A DNA stretch of 36,443 bases, taken from NCBI RefSeq assembly GCF_004010195.1, contig NC_057720.1:4094785-4131227 (forward strand), read 5' to 3'. Shown here in pieces: positions 11,775-23,303 of the stretch (position 1 is its first letter; each line of letters starts with the position of its first letter). A program made the position numbers and the translations under genes. The notes under the pieces are model-generated. The model saw only the letters and a list, made by a program, of their open reading frames with translations, made no database searches and was not told the origin of the DNA. This DNA is from Chiloscyllium plagiosum (taxonomy: Eukaryota).

Positions 11775-12858
11775 TGTTGGCCTTTATTTCAAAGGGAATA
11801 AGGTATAAAACAGGGAGGTTTCATGAAAACTGTATGAGGCATTAGTCCGTCCACAGCTGGAATACTGTGAACAGTTCTGGACACCATTAAGACTGAGATA
11901 GACAGATTCTTGATCAGTTGGGGATTCAAGGGTTGCAGGGAAAATGCAGCAAAGTGAATGTGAGGGATGTTGGATGAGCAATGATCCTATTGAATGGCAG
12001 AGCAGGCTTGAGGGGCATTTGGCTTGGTCTGGTTCCTATTTCTTATGGTGTTACCCAAGGAAAAAGTATACTGGCACTGGAGGCCATCCAGAGTAAGTTC
12101 ACTCAACTGATCCCAGGTATGAAGGGCTGTCTTATGAGGAGAGGTTGATCATAGAATCCCTACAGTGTGGAAACAGGCCCAACAAGTCCACATCAACCTC
12201 TGAAGAATAACCCACCCAGACCCATTCCCCGACCCTATATTTACACCTGACTAATGCACCCAGCTACACATCCCTCAACACTATGGCAATCTAGCATGGC
12301 CAATTCACCTGGCCTGCACATCTCTGGGAAACCCACTTAGACACCAGGAGAATGTGCAAACTCCACACAGACAGTCACCTGAGGCTGGAATCGAACCCAG
12401 GTCCCTGGTGCTGTGAGGCAGCAGTGCTGACCAATGAGCCACTGTGCCACCCTAATAGATCGGGTCTGTACTCACTGGAATCTAGAAGAATGAGAGGTGA
12501 CCTTATTGGGGGGTAGATGTGACAAGGTTGTTTCCTCTTGTGGGAGAGTCTAGGACCAGGCAGCATCATCTAAGAATAAGAGGCTCCACATTTCAGATAA
12601 AGATGAGGAATTTCTTCTCTAAGAGAATGATGAATTTGTGGACTTTTATACACAGAGGGTATTGGGACCGGGCCATTAAGTATATTCAAGGCTGAGGGAG
12701 ACAGATTTTTAATCAGGAAGGGAATCAAGGGTTATGGGGGAAAAAGGCATGAAAGCAGAGTTGACGATGATCTCATCAGGCATGATCTCATTCAGTAATT
12801 GAGAAGACTCGATGGGCTGAATGGCCGACTTTTGCTCCTACATCTTATGGTCTTACAG
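11775..12858 (+). mobile_element. Nested CR1 3' fragments
   Basis: ctggaatactgtgaacagttctgg (LEYCxQFW), tatgaggagaggttg, and tails ttcctatttcttatgg and ctcctacatcttatgg. Confidence 0.8.
12152..12452 (-). mobile_element. HE1-type SINE inserted in CR1
   Basis: ggaatcgaacccaggtccctggtgctgtgaggcagcagtgct; the CR1 text resumes after 12453. Confidence 0.9.
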
Positions 12859-13326
12859 ATTTATTTCAGATTCCCGCCATCCACGGTATTTTGTTATTGT
12901 GTTGATTGATCTTTAAGAGGCAAAGTATTAGTGGTCATATAACCAAGACAGGTGTTAATTCACACTTTAGGAAGGATATGAAGAATATTGAGAGAGCATT
13001 CAGGAGAATCAATAAAATGGTACTGAAGATGAGGGTCTTCATTCCATGGAGTGGAGAAGCAGGGATTCTACTCCATAGAGGAGAGATTCCACAGAGCTGT
13101 TCAAAAGTCTTGAAGACTTTTGACAGAGTAAATAAAGAGATCTTTGTTGGACAGGGAGGGGGATTTACAATGGGCTGCTGAAAGGGCAGTGGAAAAAGGT
13201 TAATTTGTTACGCTCAGAATGGAGCTGGATAAATCATTAAAGGGGAAATGTTTGTAAAGAAAGAGCACGGAGAGTGGGAATAATGAGGTAGCTCTGTTTG
13301 AAAAATCAACAATTGGTAGAAGGAGA

Positions 13327-13638
13327 TAGATAGCCTCCTTCTGCTCTGAAACATGTGGTGACCTTTTTTTTCTTTCCAATATTCCGACAAGGTGGTGAGG
13401 TGGTAGCGAGTGGGAGGGCTCGAGGGAGGGTTGTCTCAGGACCCTGCTGTTCGCTTTTCCAGCAACACATTTCCATCTCTGATCTCCAGCATCTGCAGAC
13501 CTCACTTTCTCCTAGATAGCCTCCTTCTGGTCTGAAACATGTGGTGACCTTTTTTTTCTTTCCAATGTTCCGACAAGGTGGTGAGGTGGTAGCGAGTGGG
13601 AGGGCTCGAGGGAGGGTTGTCTCAGGACCCTGCTGTTC
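13327..13638 (+). repeat. 126-bp direct duplication flanking a 60-bp family A 3' fragment
   Basis: 13327-13452 and 13513-13638 differ at two positions I could see. The insert 13453-13512 is gcttttccagcaacac...cacctttctcc-type family A tail. Confidence 0.9.
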
Positions 13639-13694
13639 ACAAACCATCCTCTCCCTCCCAAAGTTAACTCTGGGAGAAGTTACATGGAAAATGT

Positions 13695-13927
13695 TGGATA
13701 AAGGATGGGATCTGAGGAAAACGTTTTTCACACAGAGGGCAGTAGGAATATGGAATGTGCTGCCTGAAAGGATGGTAGAGGCAGGGACTCTCACAACATT
13801 TCTGAAGCATCTGGAAATGCCAGGGTATGGACCAAGCGCAGGTAAATGGGAATAGTGTAGTCTGATGTTCGTTGGTCGGCATAGACATGGTGGGCCGTAG
13901 GGCATGTTCCTATGCTCTACAACTCTA
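13695..13927 (+). mobile_element. CR1 3' end fragment just upstream of the LPAR3-like acceptor
   Basis: Encodes LRKTFFTQRAVGIWNVLPERMVEAGTL. Confidence 0.8.
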
Positions 13928-13973
13928 AAGCACTCAAGGTTATTCAAGTTCTTATGTTGTATTTCTCTTGCAG

Positions 13974-14290
13974 GTGCTTTTGTTTTTTGCTGGACTCCTG
14001 GGCTGGTGGTGGTCCTTTTGGACGGTCTTTGCTGCTCTAGCTGCCATCTGCTGAGTGTAAAGATTTGGGTCCTGCTGCTGGCCTTGACCAACTCTCTGAT
14101 GAACCCAATCATTTACTCCTACAAGGACCCAGACATGTGGCATGTGATAAAGCAAATGCTCTGTATTGTCTGTAGGAACAAGATCGAAGTGGAGCAGGAT
14201 ACATTGAGGTCCACCTCACACCGGCAAAGTGTCGTCTCTGAAAACGCTGACTTGAGCATTAGTCACGCTCAGCTGCAGGTGAAACCCTGA
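13974..14290 (+). CDS. LPAR3: Terminal coding exon (mid-TM6, ECL3, TM7, C-tail) of a lysophosphatidic acid receptor, LPAR3-like
   Basis: Acceptor ttgtatttctcttgcag at 13957-13973, phase 1. It encodes GAFVFCWTPGLVVVLLDGLCCSSCHLLSVKIWVLLLALTNSLMNPIIYSYKDPDMW...VKP* with the class A GPCR CWxP and NPxxY motifs. LLDGL, VKxWxLLLAL and YKDxDM match LPAR3 better than LPAR1 or LPAR2. An intron inside TM6 is characteristic of LPAR1-3. Orthologue versus paralogue is not resolved. Confidence 0.88.
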
Positions 14291-14924
14291 AACGGTCCAG
14301 GCTGTGTGCAAGATTGTCTCGGTGGTTCTGAGTGTTGTAGAGACCTGTCAACAGATCTCTTAGTTCACACAAAGGACAAGGGAAACTTTGCAAGATTTTT
14401 ACTGAACTTGTTTTGCAGTCACAGTTGGAATTTAGTATTGGGCTGTGGAATCTAATTCATTTTGTTGAATTAGTATCAGGAATCTGGTGGGTTCTGAGAA
14501 GTGAAAACATTTTTTTTTATTTCTAAAAGGGACTTCTTAGATAAATGCTGCACGTTTATCAGTCCTGGAATACGTAGTCAGCATTTTGTAACTTGAAGCG
14601 TGTTGTGACTTTATTGTCACCAGGTTTGTTCAAATGGACTGAAGCAGTATTTTACTCAATTGTTTTAGGTCTAACCTACAAAGTAGAATGCTTCTCAGAC
14701 TGTTACTCTGAGGAATATTTTTGAAAATGATTCCTGGCTTCCAGCAGAAAAGCAAGGGCTCAGTGGAACACAGGACAAGTGAGGTGTTACAAGGCCATCA
14801 TGATCGTGTTTACGTCCAATAACCGCACACAACCCCTTTCTGATTCAAAATCATGACTAAATACCATTGTCACCACATGGACTGTGATGGCTCAACAAAA
14901 TGATTTTATGCTAAGGGAGATTTA

Positions 14925-15330
14925 ATACAGAGCTGAGGAGAAATTACTTCCCTCAAAGGGTCATGAATCTGTGGATTTCACTCCCCCATAGTGTGGTGGA
15001 TGCTAGTATATTGAGTAAATGTAAGGAGAAGATAGATTTTTAATTAGTAACGGGTTGAAGAGTTATGGGGAGTGGGCAGGAAAGTGGAGTTGAGGCCAAG
15101 ATGAGATCAGCCGTGATCATATTAAATGATGGAGCAAGCTCGAGGGGCTGAATGGCCTCCTCCCTGCTCCTAGCTCCTTATGCTCTTAACTTCAAACTAA
15201 CCCATTTAAGGCTGAGATAAGGCCTACCTTCTCTCAGAGGGTCATGAGGCTTTGGAACTCTCTTTCTAAACAGGTGGTGGAAGCTGTTTTTGAATATTTT
15301 TTAGGCACAGTTAGATTGATTCTTGGGAGG
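14925..15330 (+). mobile_element. CR1 3' fragments inside the predicted 3'UTR
   Basis: gaggagaaattacttccctcaaaggg... and the tail ctcgaggggctgaatggcctcct...cttatg. Confidence 0.75.
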
Positions 15331-15783
15331 CTGGCGACCCACCATCATGTCCTTGAGGGCCAGCTCAGGGTGACTGATAGATGCAACTTTACCAGAGAAA
15401 GAACCCTGAGAAAAAAAAATACTTTAAATGTTGATTGCTGCCTGGGTGACTCCATGCAAAATTGTAATCTCCAAGCAACGAAAGAGACCTCAAGTACTGA
15501 GCGATTATGGGATGTTTGATTGTGCTGAGTCACTCAGCCTAATGAGCTACAAAGCCTGTAACCTATTTTATATATAAAGCTAAAGATTGCAGGCTTCGGT
15601 TCATTCTCTTTGTAGTGGTTATGGCAGTTTCTATGTAATTAATGATTTTAATTTTATTTCCGTGTACAAAATTAATAGCCGTAGCTTAGACTTTTTTTCA
15701 GTCAGTTTGGGATAATGTACAAATCCAAAGTATTTTTAAGATTTTTTTCCATTCGATTAGCAACAACTTTACCTTTTTAAACA

Positions 15784-15789
15784 AATAAA
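15784..15789 (+). promoter_or_regulatory. Candidate polyadenylation signal of the LPAR3-like gene (3'UTR about 1.5 kb)
   Basis: First AATAAA I found after the stop at 14290; it follows a long AT-rich, non-repetitive, UTR-like stretch (15540-15783). Confidence 0.5.
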
Positions 15790-15904
15790 ATCATTATTCT
15801 GTTGCCAAAAGAAGCAGATATTCAGAATGGATTAAAGACGTTTATACAGAAGGCAGGAGGGAATGTTAAAATACTCATAGGACTCATAATACAGGACTCC
15901 TTTG

Positions 15905-16472
15905 GTCCTTATTTTGAGGGGGTTGGAGTATAAGAGTAGGGAATTCATGTTCCAACTGTACAAGGTGCTGGGGAGACCACATCTGGAGCACGATGAACGG
16001 TTTTAGTCCTTTATTTAAAGACATACATGTTTCCATTGGAGGTAGTTCATAAAAGGTTCACTGGGGTGACCAGTGGTATGGAGGGAGTGTTTAAGGAACA
16101 AGTTTGGGACTCTACTCATTGGTGTGTAAAAGAATGAGAGGTGATGTAATTGAAACATCAGATTCTTAAGGGGCTTGATAGGGTCAATGATGAGAGGATT
16201 AATCCCCTCATGGGAGAGTCTAAGTCCAGAGGGTACAGTCTCAGAATAAAGGGGCACCAATTTATGTCTGAGGTGAGAAGGAGTTTCTTCTCTCAGAGGG
16301 TTGAGGGTCTCTGGAACTCCTTACCACTGAGAGCTGTGAGGGCAGAGTCCTTGTGTATATTTGAGACTGAGAGAGAGAGAGATTCTTGATCAGTTGGGGA
16401 ATCAAGGAGCATAGGGAAATGGCAGGAAAGTGGGTGTGAGGAATGGCCTACTCTTGTGCCTCTTTCTTATGA
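15905..16472 (+). mobile_element. CR1 3' fragment
   Basis: Encodes ILKGLDRV...RRSFFSQRVEGLWNSLP. Confidence 0.85.
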
Positions 16473-16799
16473 AGATGTGAAGTTGTGCGGGAAGCTTCAG
16501 TATCCAAGAGTGCTTCCGCAGCATCATTACTCCCAAACTGGGCAGGCCCTGCACAATATAGCAGCCAGACTGGGCCTGCAGCTGATGCTGAGGGAACCGA
16601 CAAGAATGAAAAAGCCATGTTACAATGTCCTCACCAATCTACCATTTGCAGATGCGTATGTCCATGACGGTATTGGTAGGAGTGAGTCGACAGTCTGTGT
16701 GAAGTTGGAGGCCCACCTTCGCACTGGGGATGTCGTCCATCATGATAGGGCAGACAGATTGAATGTTGGCTTTTATTCCAAAGGGAATGTTGTATAAAA

Positions 16800-17122
16800 T
16801 GGCAACACAGTGGCACGGTGGTTAGCATTGCTGCCTCACAGCGCCACGGACCTGGGTTCCATTCCACCCTGGGGTAACTGTCTGTGTGGAGTTCACACAT
16901 TCTCCCCGTGTCTGCGTGGGTTTCCTCTCACAGTCCAAAGATGTGCAGGTTAGGTGGATTGGCCATGGGAAATTGCCCAGAGTGTTCAGGGATGTGTAGG
17001 TTAGCTGCATCAGTCAGGGGTAAATGCAGAGTAATGCGGATTGGGTCTGAATGTGTTACTCTGCAGAGGGTTGGTGTGGACTTGTTGGGTGAAATGGCTC
17101 GTTTCCACGCTGTAGGGATTCT
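16800..17122 (+). mobile_element. HE1-type SINE within a CR1 fragment (16765-17350)
   Basis: tggcacggtggttagcattgctgcctcacagcgcc head, central domain and tail gtttccacgctgtagggattc. Confidence 0.9.
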
Positions 17123-17872
17123 TCTAAGGATAAAAGTAGGGAGTCTCGCTAAAGCTATACAAGTCAGATCACAACTGGAATAGTGTGAGCAGTTTTGGAT
17201 TCCTGATCTAAAGCAAGATATATTTACATTGGAGAGTCCAGAAAAGGTTCATTTGGCTATTGCTGGGTGTGAAGGGATATTTTTATGAAGGGAGTTAGGG
17301 TCTGTACTCTTTGGAATTTTGTAGAGTGCGGAATTGATTCTTACGGGGACAGGGTAGATGAGTGGTGCAAGCCTTGGGAGTGAGGGCCACACTCCCATCA
17401 AGAATACAACGATGGGATTGATTCAGTCAGATTTCCATTCAATGTAGACCACGCGCAACAGAGTTGTATTCAAGCACAATCTGCACTCAGGGCCCAGCAA
17501 ATCACTAACTCTATTGACACCATCATAGCATAAGCTTAATGAACAGCATAGATCAATGTGCCAGGGGCAGCGCCAGACATAACTAAAACTGAGGTTACAA
17601 TTACATAGAGCTGCAACATTTGGTTGTCAAACAGAAGAAGTATGTGATAAACAGAGGTAAGTGATCCCACACTGAATATAGGCGATCAGAATTCTACAGT
17701 CCTGCCAAATCCAGTCAGAATGATGCAAGAACATTAAACTACTCACTGGAGAAGGAAGGTCCAAAAATATTCCCATCCTTAATGATGAGGGAGTTCTACA
17801 CATCAGTATAAATGAAAAGGCTGAAGCATCGGCAACAATCTTCGGTCAGGATTGACAAGTGGATGATTTGAC

Positions 17873-17998
17873 GAGGAGAAAGTGGGGACTGCAGATGCTG
17901 GAGATCAGAGCTGAAAAATGTGTTGCTGGAAAAGCGCAGCAGGTCAGGCAGCATCCAAGGAGCAGGAGAATTGATGTTTTGGGCATAAGCCCTTCTAT
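17873..17998 (-). mobile_element. Family A Penelope-like element with 17-bp TSD and decayed hammerhead
   Basis: caag(t/c)ggatgatttgac at 17856-17872 and 17999-18015; the body is nearly identical to 7571-7703. Confidence 0.85.
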
Positions 17999-18290
17999 CA
18001 AGCGGATGATTTGACTCCAACCTCCTCCAATAGTGCCCAGCATCACAGATGCCAGTCATCAGCCAATCTGATTCATTTCATGTGAGATTAAGAAAGGGAT
18101 GTATGCTGAAGGACTGTGAGACCTGCCAACATTCCAGCCATGCAGAAGACATGCCCTCCACAGTCAACCACACCCAGAGCCATGTTATTTGAGTGCAGGT
18201 ACAGTATAGCACCTATCCAGCAATGTGGGAGATTACACTGGCATGGTCTATCTTCAAACATCTGGGTATATCCTACCTGGCCAATTACCA

Positions 18291-19309
18291 TGTGATCAAA
18301 GTTGTCTAACATATAATCATTGTTCGGGATTTGTATTTCAATATAGAGGCAAATGGTTGGGGGTCAGTTATAGTCATAGTCATAGTCATAGAGATGTACA
18401 GCATGGAAACAGACCCTTCGGTCCAACCCGTCTGTGCTGACCGGATATCCCAACCTAATCTAGTCCCACCTGCCAGCACCCGGCCCATATCCCTCCAAAC
18501 CCTTCCTATTCATATACCCATCCAAATGCCTCTTAAAGTTACATGTTTTTAGACAGACAAAAAGTCATTGGAACTGTGACCAAAGGTGCATCAATTTCCA
18601 GAAAGCATGTGACTGCAGTTAAGGGATTGGCAGATCCCTAGCATTAACACTGTCCAGTGTTAATGGATAGAATATTTGTATTGCTAAGTGTACGACAGAA
18701 GAAAAACCATTAGCTTCAGCATTCCCAGTTCCATTCAGAAGAATCAGGAGTTTGGTTCAGAAGGGAGAATACTTTCCCAAGCAGGAGAATTAAGTTTTTC
18801 ATAAGAAAGACCAGTCACTGAAGTAAGCTGAAGTATTTTATTCAGTGGAGCTTCTAGCAGGGTGGGCTGGATAGAAATCTTGATGTTGTTAGAACTGAAG
18901 AACTTTCGACCATCAGAATTGTGAAAGATTCCTGCCTGCGAACTCAGAAAAGAATCTTAAAACTGTCTGCAGAATCCAAGGAAAAGAAATTGAGAGAATG
19001 AAGTAAACACTTAAAGAGTTGAGATCGGAGTGACCTTTCTCTGGAGTTAACTTTCTGTAAAAGGATAGTTTTGGAAAACATTGAAACTTTGTTTTGCTCT
19101 TTGTGTTGCGCTCTTTCTAGCTGTCTTATATTGTATAACTTTTTTTGTTTAATAAACTTTTGTTCTGTTGTTAAAGAACATCTGCAGCCTCATGTGATTA
19201 TCTTTCAATGATTAACCACCACAATAACTGACTGTTAAAATTAACCATAAGATCTATCAAACCAGGTTTCATCCTGGGATCCGCGTTACCATCACCTGGG
19301 ATCATAACA
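18291..19309 (+). mobile_element. Probable solo LTR, itself interrupted by a CR1 tail
   Basis: Starts TGTGATC and ends GATCATAACA, has AATAAA at 19151, and interrupts a LINE. No clear TSD. Confidence 0.45.
18371..18536 (-). mobile_element. 5'-truncated CR1 (HER1-like) tail
   Basis: (catagt)n tail; nearly identical to 20445-20600 and 36143-36310; agtta on both sides. Confidence 0.9.
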
Positions 19310-19929
19310 GCAGTCAATCTAATCATAACACTAAATCTAAACCTAACTCATCAGTCTATAATCAGTTATCAGCAAATTGATGGAGAAATCATTGACAGTG
19401 TGATCAAGAACACTTACTCAGCAGCAACTGATGCTCAGTTGGGATTTTTCTTGGCTCATTCAGCTCCTGCCCTTATCACGGGACTAAACATGGACAAAAG
19501 AGCTGAACTCCAGAAGTGAGGTGAGAATTATTGCCTTTGACAACAAAGCAACATTTGGCCAAATGTGGGATGGAGTAGCCCCAGCAAAACAAAACAGAGC
19601 CAATAGGATTAAGGGCGGAGGAACTCTGCCATTGGGTGGACTCATACTTAGCACAAATGAAGTCCGTTATGATTGTTGGAGGCTAATTATCTCAGTCCCA
19701 GGATATCACCGCAGGAATCCCTGCGAGTAATGTGCCAGGCCCAACCATATTTAGTGTCATTAGCAAATTTGGAGATGTTACATTCGATCCTCACATCAAA
19801 TCATTGACAGAGATTATAACAGCTGGGGACCAAGAACTGATCTTTGCATTAACAAATGACAAGCTGAGAACGACCAGCTTACTGGTACCCTCTGCTCTCT
19901 ATTTAATAACGGATTCTCAGTCAAGACCA

Positions 19930-20300
19930 GTAGATTACCGCAATGCCATGTGATTGGATTTTCTTTGCTAATCTCTTCTGTGGGACCTTATCAACTGCCT
20001 TCTGAAAATCCAAATATACAACAGCCACTTCCTCTAACTCGGTATGTTCTGTTAGCCACATTCTGACAGGTTTGTCAAAACTTCTTCCTCTTTCATTGAT
20101 CCAAATTGACCCTGCGTCATCTGATCGTAAATTCCTAAAGTATCCAGCTGTCACATCCTTTGTAATAAATGTCAGTATTTTCCTGATCTGACTACCAATG
20201 ACAGGCAAACTGATCAGAGGCTCCCAATCCTCTCTCTCCCTCCTTTCTTCAATAGTGGGATGACATTTGCTACATTCCAATCTACTGGGATTGTTCCAAA
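19930..20300 (-). mobile_element. Old CR1 RT fragment
   Basis: Encodes VYLDFQKAVDKVP. Confidence 0.75.
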
Positions 20301-21145
20301 CAATACTTCCTCCAATTTCCTTTTCCCTGTTGCACAACAGCAAGTCCAAATCTGGAAGTCAATGCATTGGCACAGCAATTATGTCAATTGGTGAAGGAGG
20401 AACCTTAGAACAGCTAAGCAGCTTATAGAATCACAGAATCCCAACATAGAGTCATAGAGATGTACAGCATGGAAATAGGCCCTTCAGTCCAACCTGTCCA
20501 TGCCGACCAGATATCCCAACCCAATCTAGTCCCATCGGCCAGCATCCGGCCCATATCCCTCCAAACCCTTGTATTCATATGCCCATCTAAATGCCTCTTA
20601 AATGTTGCAATTGTACCAGCTTCCACCAGTTTCTCTGGCAGCTCATTCCATACACGTACCACCCTCTGGGTGTAAAAGCTACCCCTTAGGTCTCTTTTAT
20701 ATCTTTCCCTTCTGACCCTAAACCTATGCCCTCTAGTTCTGGACTCCCCGACCCCAGGGAAAAGACTTTGCCTATTTACCCTATCCATGCCCCTCATAAT
20801 TTTGTAAACCTCTATAAGAGGTCACCCTCAGCCTTCAACGCTCCAGGGAAAACAGCCCCAGCGTGTTCAGCCTTTCCCCATAGCTCAGATCCTCCAACCC
20901 TGGCAATATCCTTGTAAATCTTTTCTGAACTCTTTCAAGTTTCACAACATCTTTCCAATAGGAAGGAGACCAGAATTGCACACAATATTCCAAAAGTGGC
21001 CTAACCAATGTCCTGTACAGTCGCAACACGACCTCCCAACCCCTATACTCAATACTCTGACCGATAAAGGAAACCATAGCAAACGTCTTCTTCATTATCC
21101 TATCTACCTGTGACTCCACTTCCAAGGAGCTATGAACCTGCACTC

Positions 21146-22087
21146 AAAGAACAAAGAAAATTTACAGCTCACAAACAGGCCCTTCGGCCCTTCAAGCCTG
21201 AGTCGATCCAAATGTACTGTCTAAACCTGTCAGTCAATTCCTAAGCATCTGTATCCCTCTGCTCCCCACTTCTCATGCATCTGTCCAGATGTATCTTAAA
21301 TGAATCTACCGTGCCTGCCTCTACCACCTCTGCTGGCAACGAGTTCCAAACGCCCACCACCCTCTGTGTGAAGTACTTACCGCATGTATCCCCCTTAAAC
21401 TTTCCAACTCTCACCTTGAAAGAGTGACCTCTGGTTATTGAATCCTTCACCCTGGAAAAAAGCTTGTCTCTATCCACCCTGTCTATATCCTTCATGATTT
21501 TGTAAACATCAATCAGGTCCCCCCTCAATCTCCTTTTTTCTAATGAAAATAAACCTAACCTACTCAACCTCTCTTCATAGCTAGCACCTTTCATACCAGG
21601 CAACATCCTTGTAAACCTTCTCTGCACCCTCTCCAAAGCGTCCACATCCTTTTGGTAATGTGGCGACCAGAACTGTACACAGTATTCTAAATGTGGCCAA
21701 ACCAACGTCTTGTACAATGTTAACATGACTTGCCAGCTCTTATACACAATACCCATCTACTGAAGGCAAGCATACTATATGCCTTCTTGACCACTCTATC
21801 CACCTGTGCAGCAACCTTCAGGGTACAATGGACCTGCACTCCCAGATCTCTCTGCCCATCAACTTTTCCNNNNNNNNNNNNNNNNNNNNNNNNNNNNNNN
21901 NNNNNNNNNTCAACCAGTTCTTTATCCACCTAGCTAGAACACTCTGCACACCATGTGACTTCACTTTCTCCATTAGTCTACCATGGGGAACCTTATCAAA
22001 CGCATTACTGAAGTCCATGTATATGACATCAATAGCCCTTCCTTCATCTAACAACTTGGTCACTTCCTTGAAGAACTCTATTAAGTT
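21146..22087 (-). mobile_element. Nested CR1 of a different subfamily, containing the assembly gap
   Basis: ORFs 21241..21756 and 21818..22111 (YMDFSNAFDKVPHGRL); distinct aaagaacaaagaa tail. Confidence 0.9.
21870..21909. other. Assembly gap (40 N)
   Basis: Run of N. The CR1 RT core expected between the flanks is missing, so the true gap is probably longer. Confidence 0.98.
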
Positions 22088-22494
22088 CTCCAAGGTCTCC
22101 AAAACTTCCAATCTTCTCTCTCCCTTTTTTGTTCAATAGTGGGATGACATTCCAATCAACTGGGATTGTTCCTTGGAGACTCCAAGGTCTCTTTGTTTAG
22201 CAACATCCCCTAGAACCTTACCATTAAGTCTATAAGTCCTGCTAAGATTTGCTTTCCCAAAATGCAGCACCTTGCATTTATCTGGATTAAACTCCATCTG
22301 CCACTTATCAGCCCAATGGCCCATCTGATCAAGATCCTGTTGTAATCTGAGGTAACCTTCTTTGCTGTCCACTACACCTCCAATTTTAGTGTCATCTGCA
22401 AACTTACTAGCTATACCTTTTATGCTCGCATCCAAATCATTTATATAAATGAAAAGTAGTGGACCCAGCACCGATCCTTGTGGCACACCACTGG

Positions 22495-22742
22495 CCCGTC
22501 AAGTCCACAACAATCCTCCGAAGAGCATCCCACCCAGACCCCCCCCCACACTTTTCCTGAATTCCTCTTGACTAATCCACCTAACCCACACATCTTTGGA
22601 CTGTGGGAGGAAACTGGAGCACCCGGAGGAAACCCACACAGACACGGGGAGAATGTGCAAACTCCATACAGGCAGCTGCCTGATGCTGGGATTGAACCCA
22701 GGTCCCTGAGGTATCAGTGTTAACTAAGTCACTGTGCCTACC
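22495..22742 (-). mobile_element. HE1-type SINE, partial
   Basis: gaaactggagcacccggaggaaacccacacagacacggggagaatgtgcaaactcc. Confidence 0.88.
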
Positions 22743-23303
22743 TTTGAAACTGGAAAGATGACTATCCAATATCTCTATAACCACCTCTTTAACACTCAAG
22801 AAATGCAGATTCAAGGAGTTCATTATTTCAGTGCCATTATTTTCTCCAGTTGTTAATCATTTTGTTCAGTTCCTCATTCTCACTAATCCCTTGGCTGTCT
22901 GGTTTTTGTACCTGTGAAGACAGAAACAAAGAGACAGATTTTCTGATTGCTGTTATTCCAGCATAGATCGGACTTTTTCCTTGAGATTCCTGGAATTCTA
23001 TGATTCTATGATTTGGTGAGATCATACAGAATCCCCATTGTAGCAAACTCTGAACAAATTCCCCAGGAAATTGAATTTTCCACTGGGAAACCTCTCCATG
23101 CATGGAACTTTCTGAAAGTCTCCATAAAAATCGATGTTGAATGATTCTGATGAAATTTAATAAAATAGTTACTTGGGAAACTTAGGCTAATGAGATTGTT
23201 TAATTGAAACTATCCCTTTTCCGAAAAATGGTTGCTCCCGAGACAAAGGATATTAAAATTATAAGAAAATTAAAATTAAAATGATGGTTATTAACATTAT
23301 TGT

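Larger units (their letters stand above)
17640..19755 (+). mobile_element. Older LINE relic, split by insertions at 17873-17998 and 18291-19345
   Basis: Collinear with 7170-8195; ggccaattacca (to 18290) continues as catcagtct...atcagcaaa (from about 19346). Confidence 0.7.
20445..22494 (-). mobile_element. CR1 (HER1-like) 3' half, interrupted by a second CR1 at 21146-22087
   Basis: PQGSVLGPLLF, FADDTK, VRPLLEYCVQFWSP and (catagagt) tail; the text is split at gaacctgcactc / ctccaaggtctct. Confidence 0.9.

Noticed and set aside
13904..13973. N-terminal part of the 128-aa ORF (MFLCSTT...)
   Set aside because: It lies upstream of the splice acceptor and overlaps a CR1 tail, so it is intronic.
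13306..14112. 268-aa minus-strand ORF with an internal repeat
   Set aside because: It is the antisense of the GPCR exon, a CR1 tail and the 126-bp duplication (a multiple of 3, so in frame); no independent coding signal.
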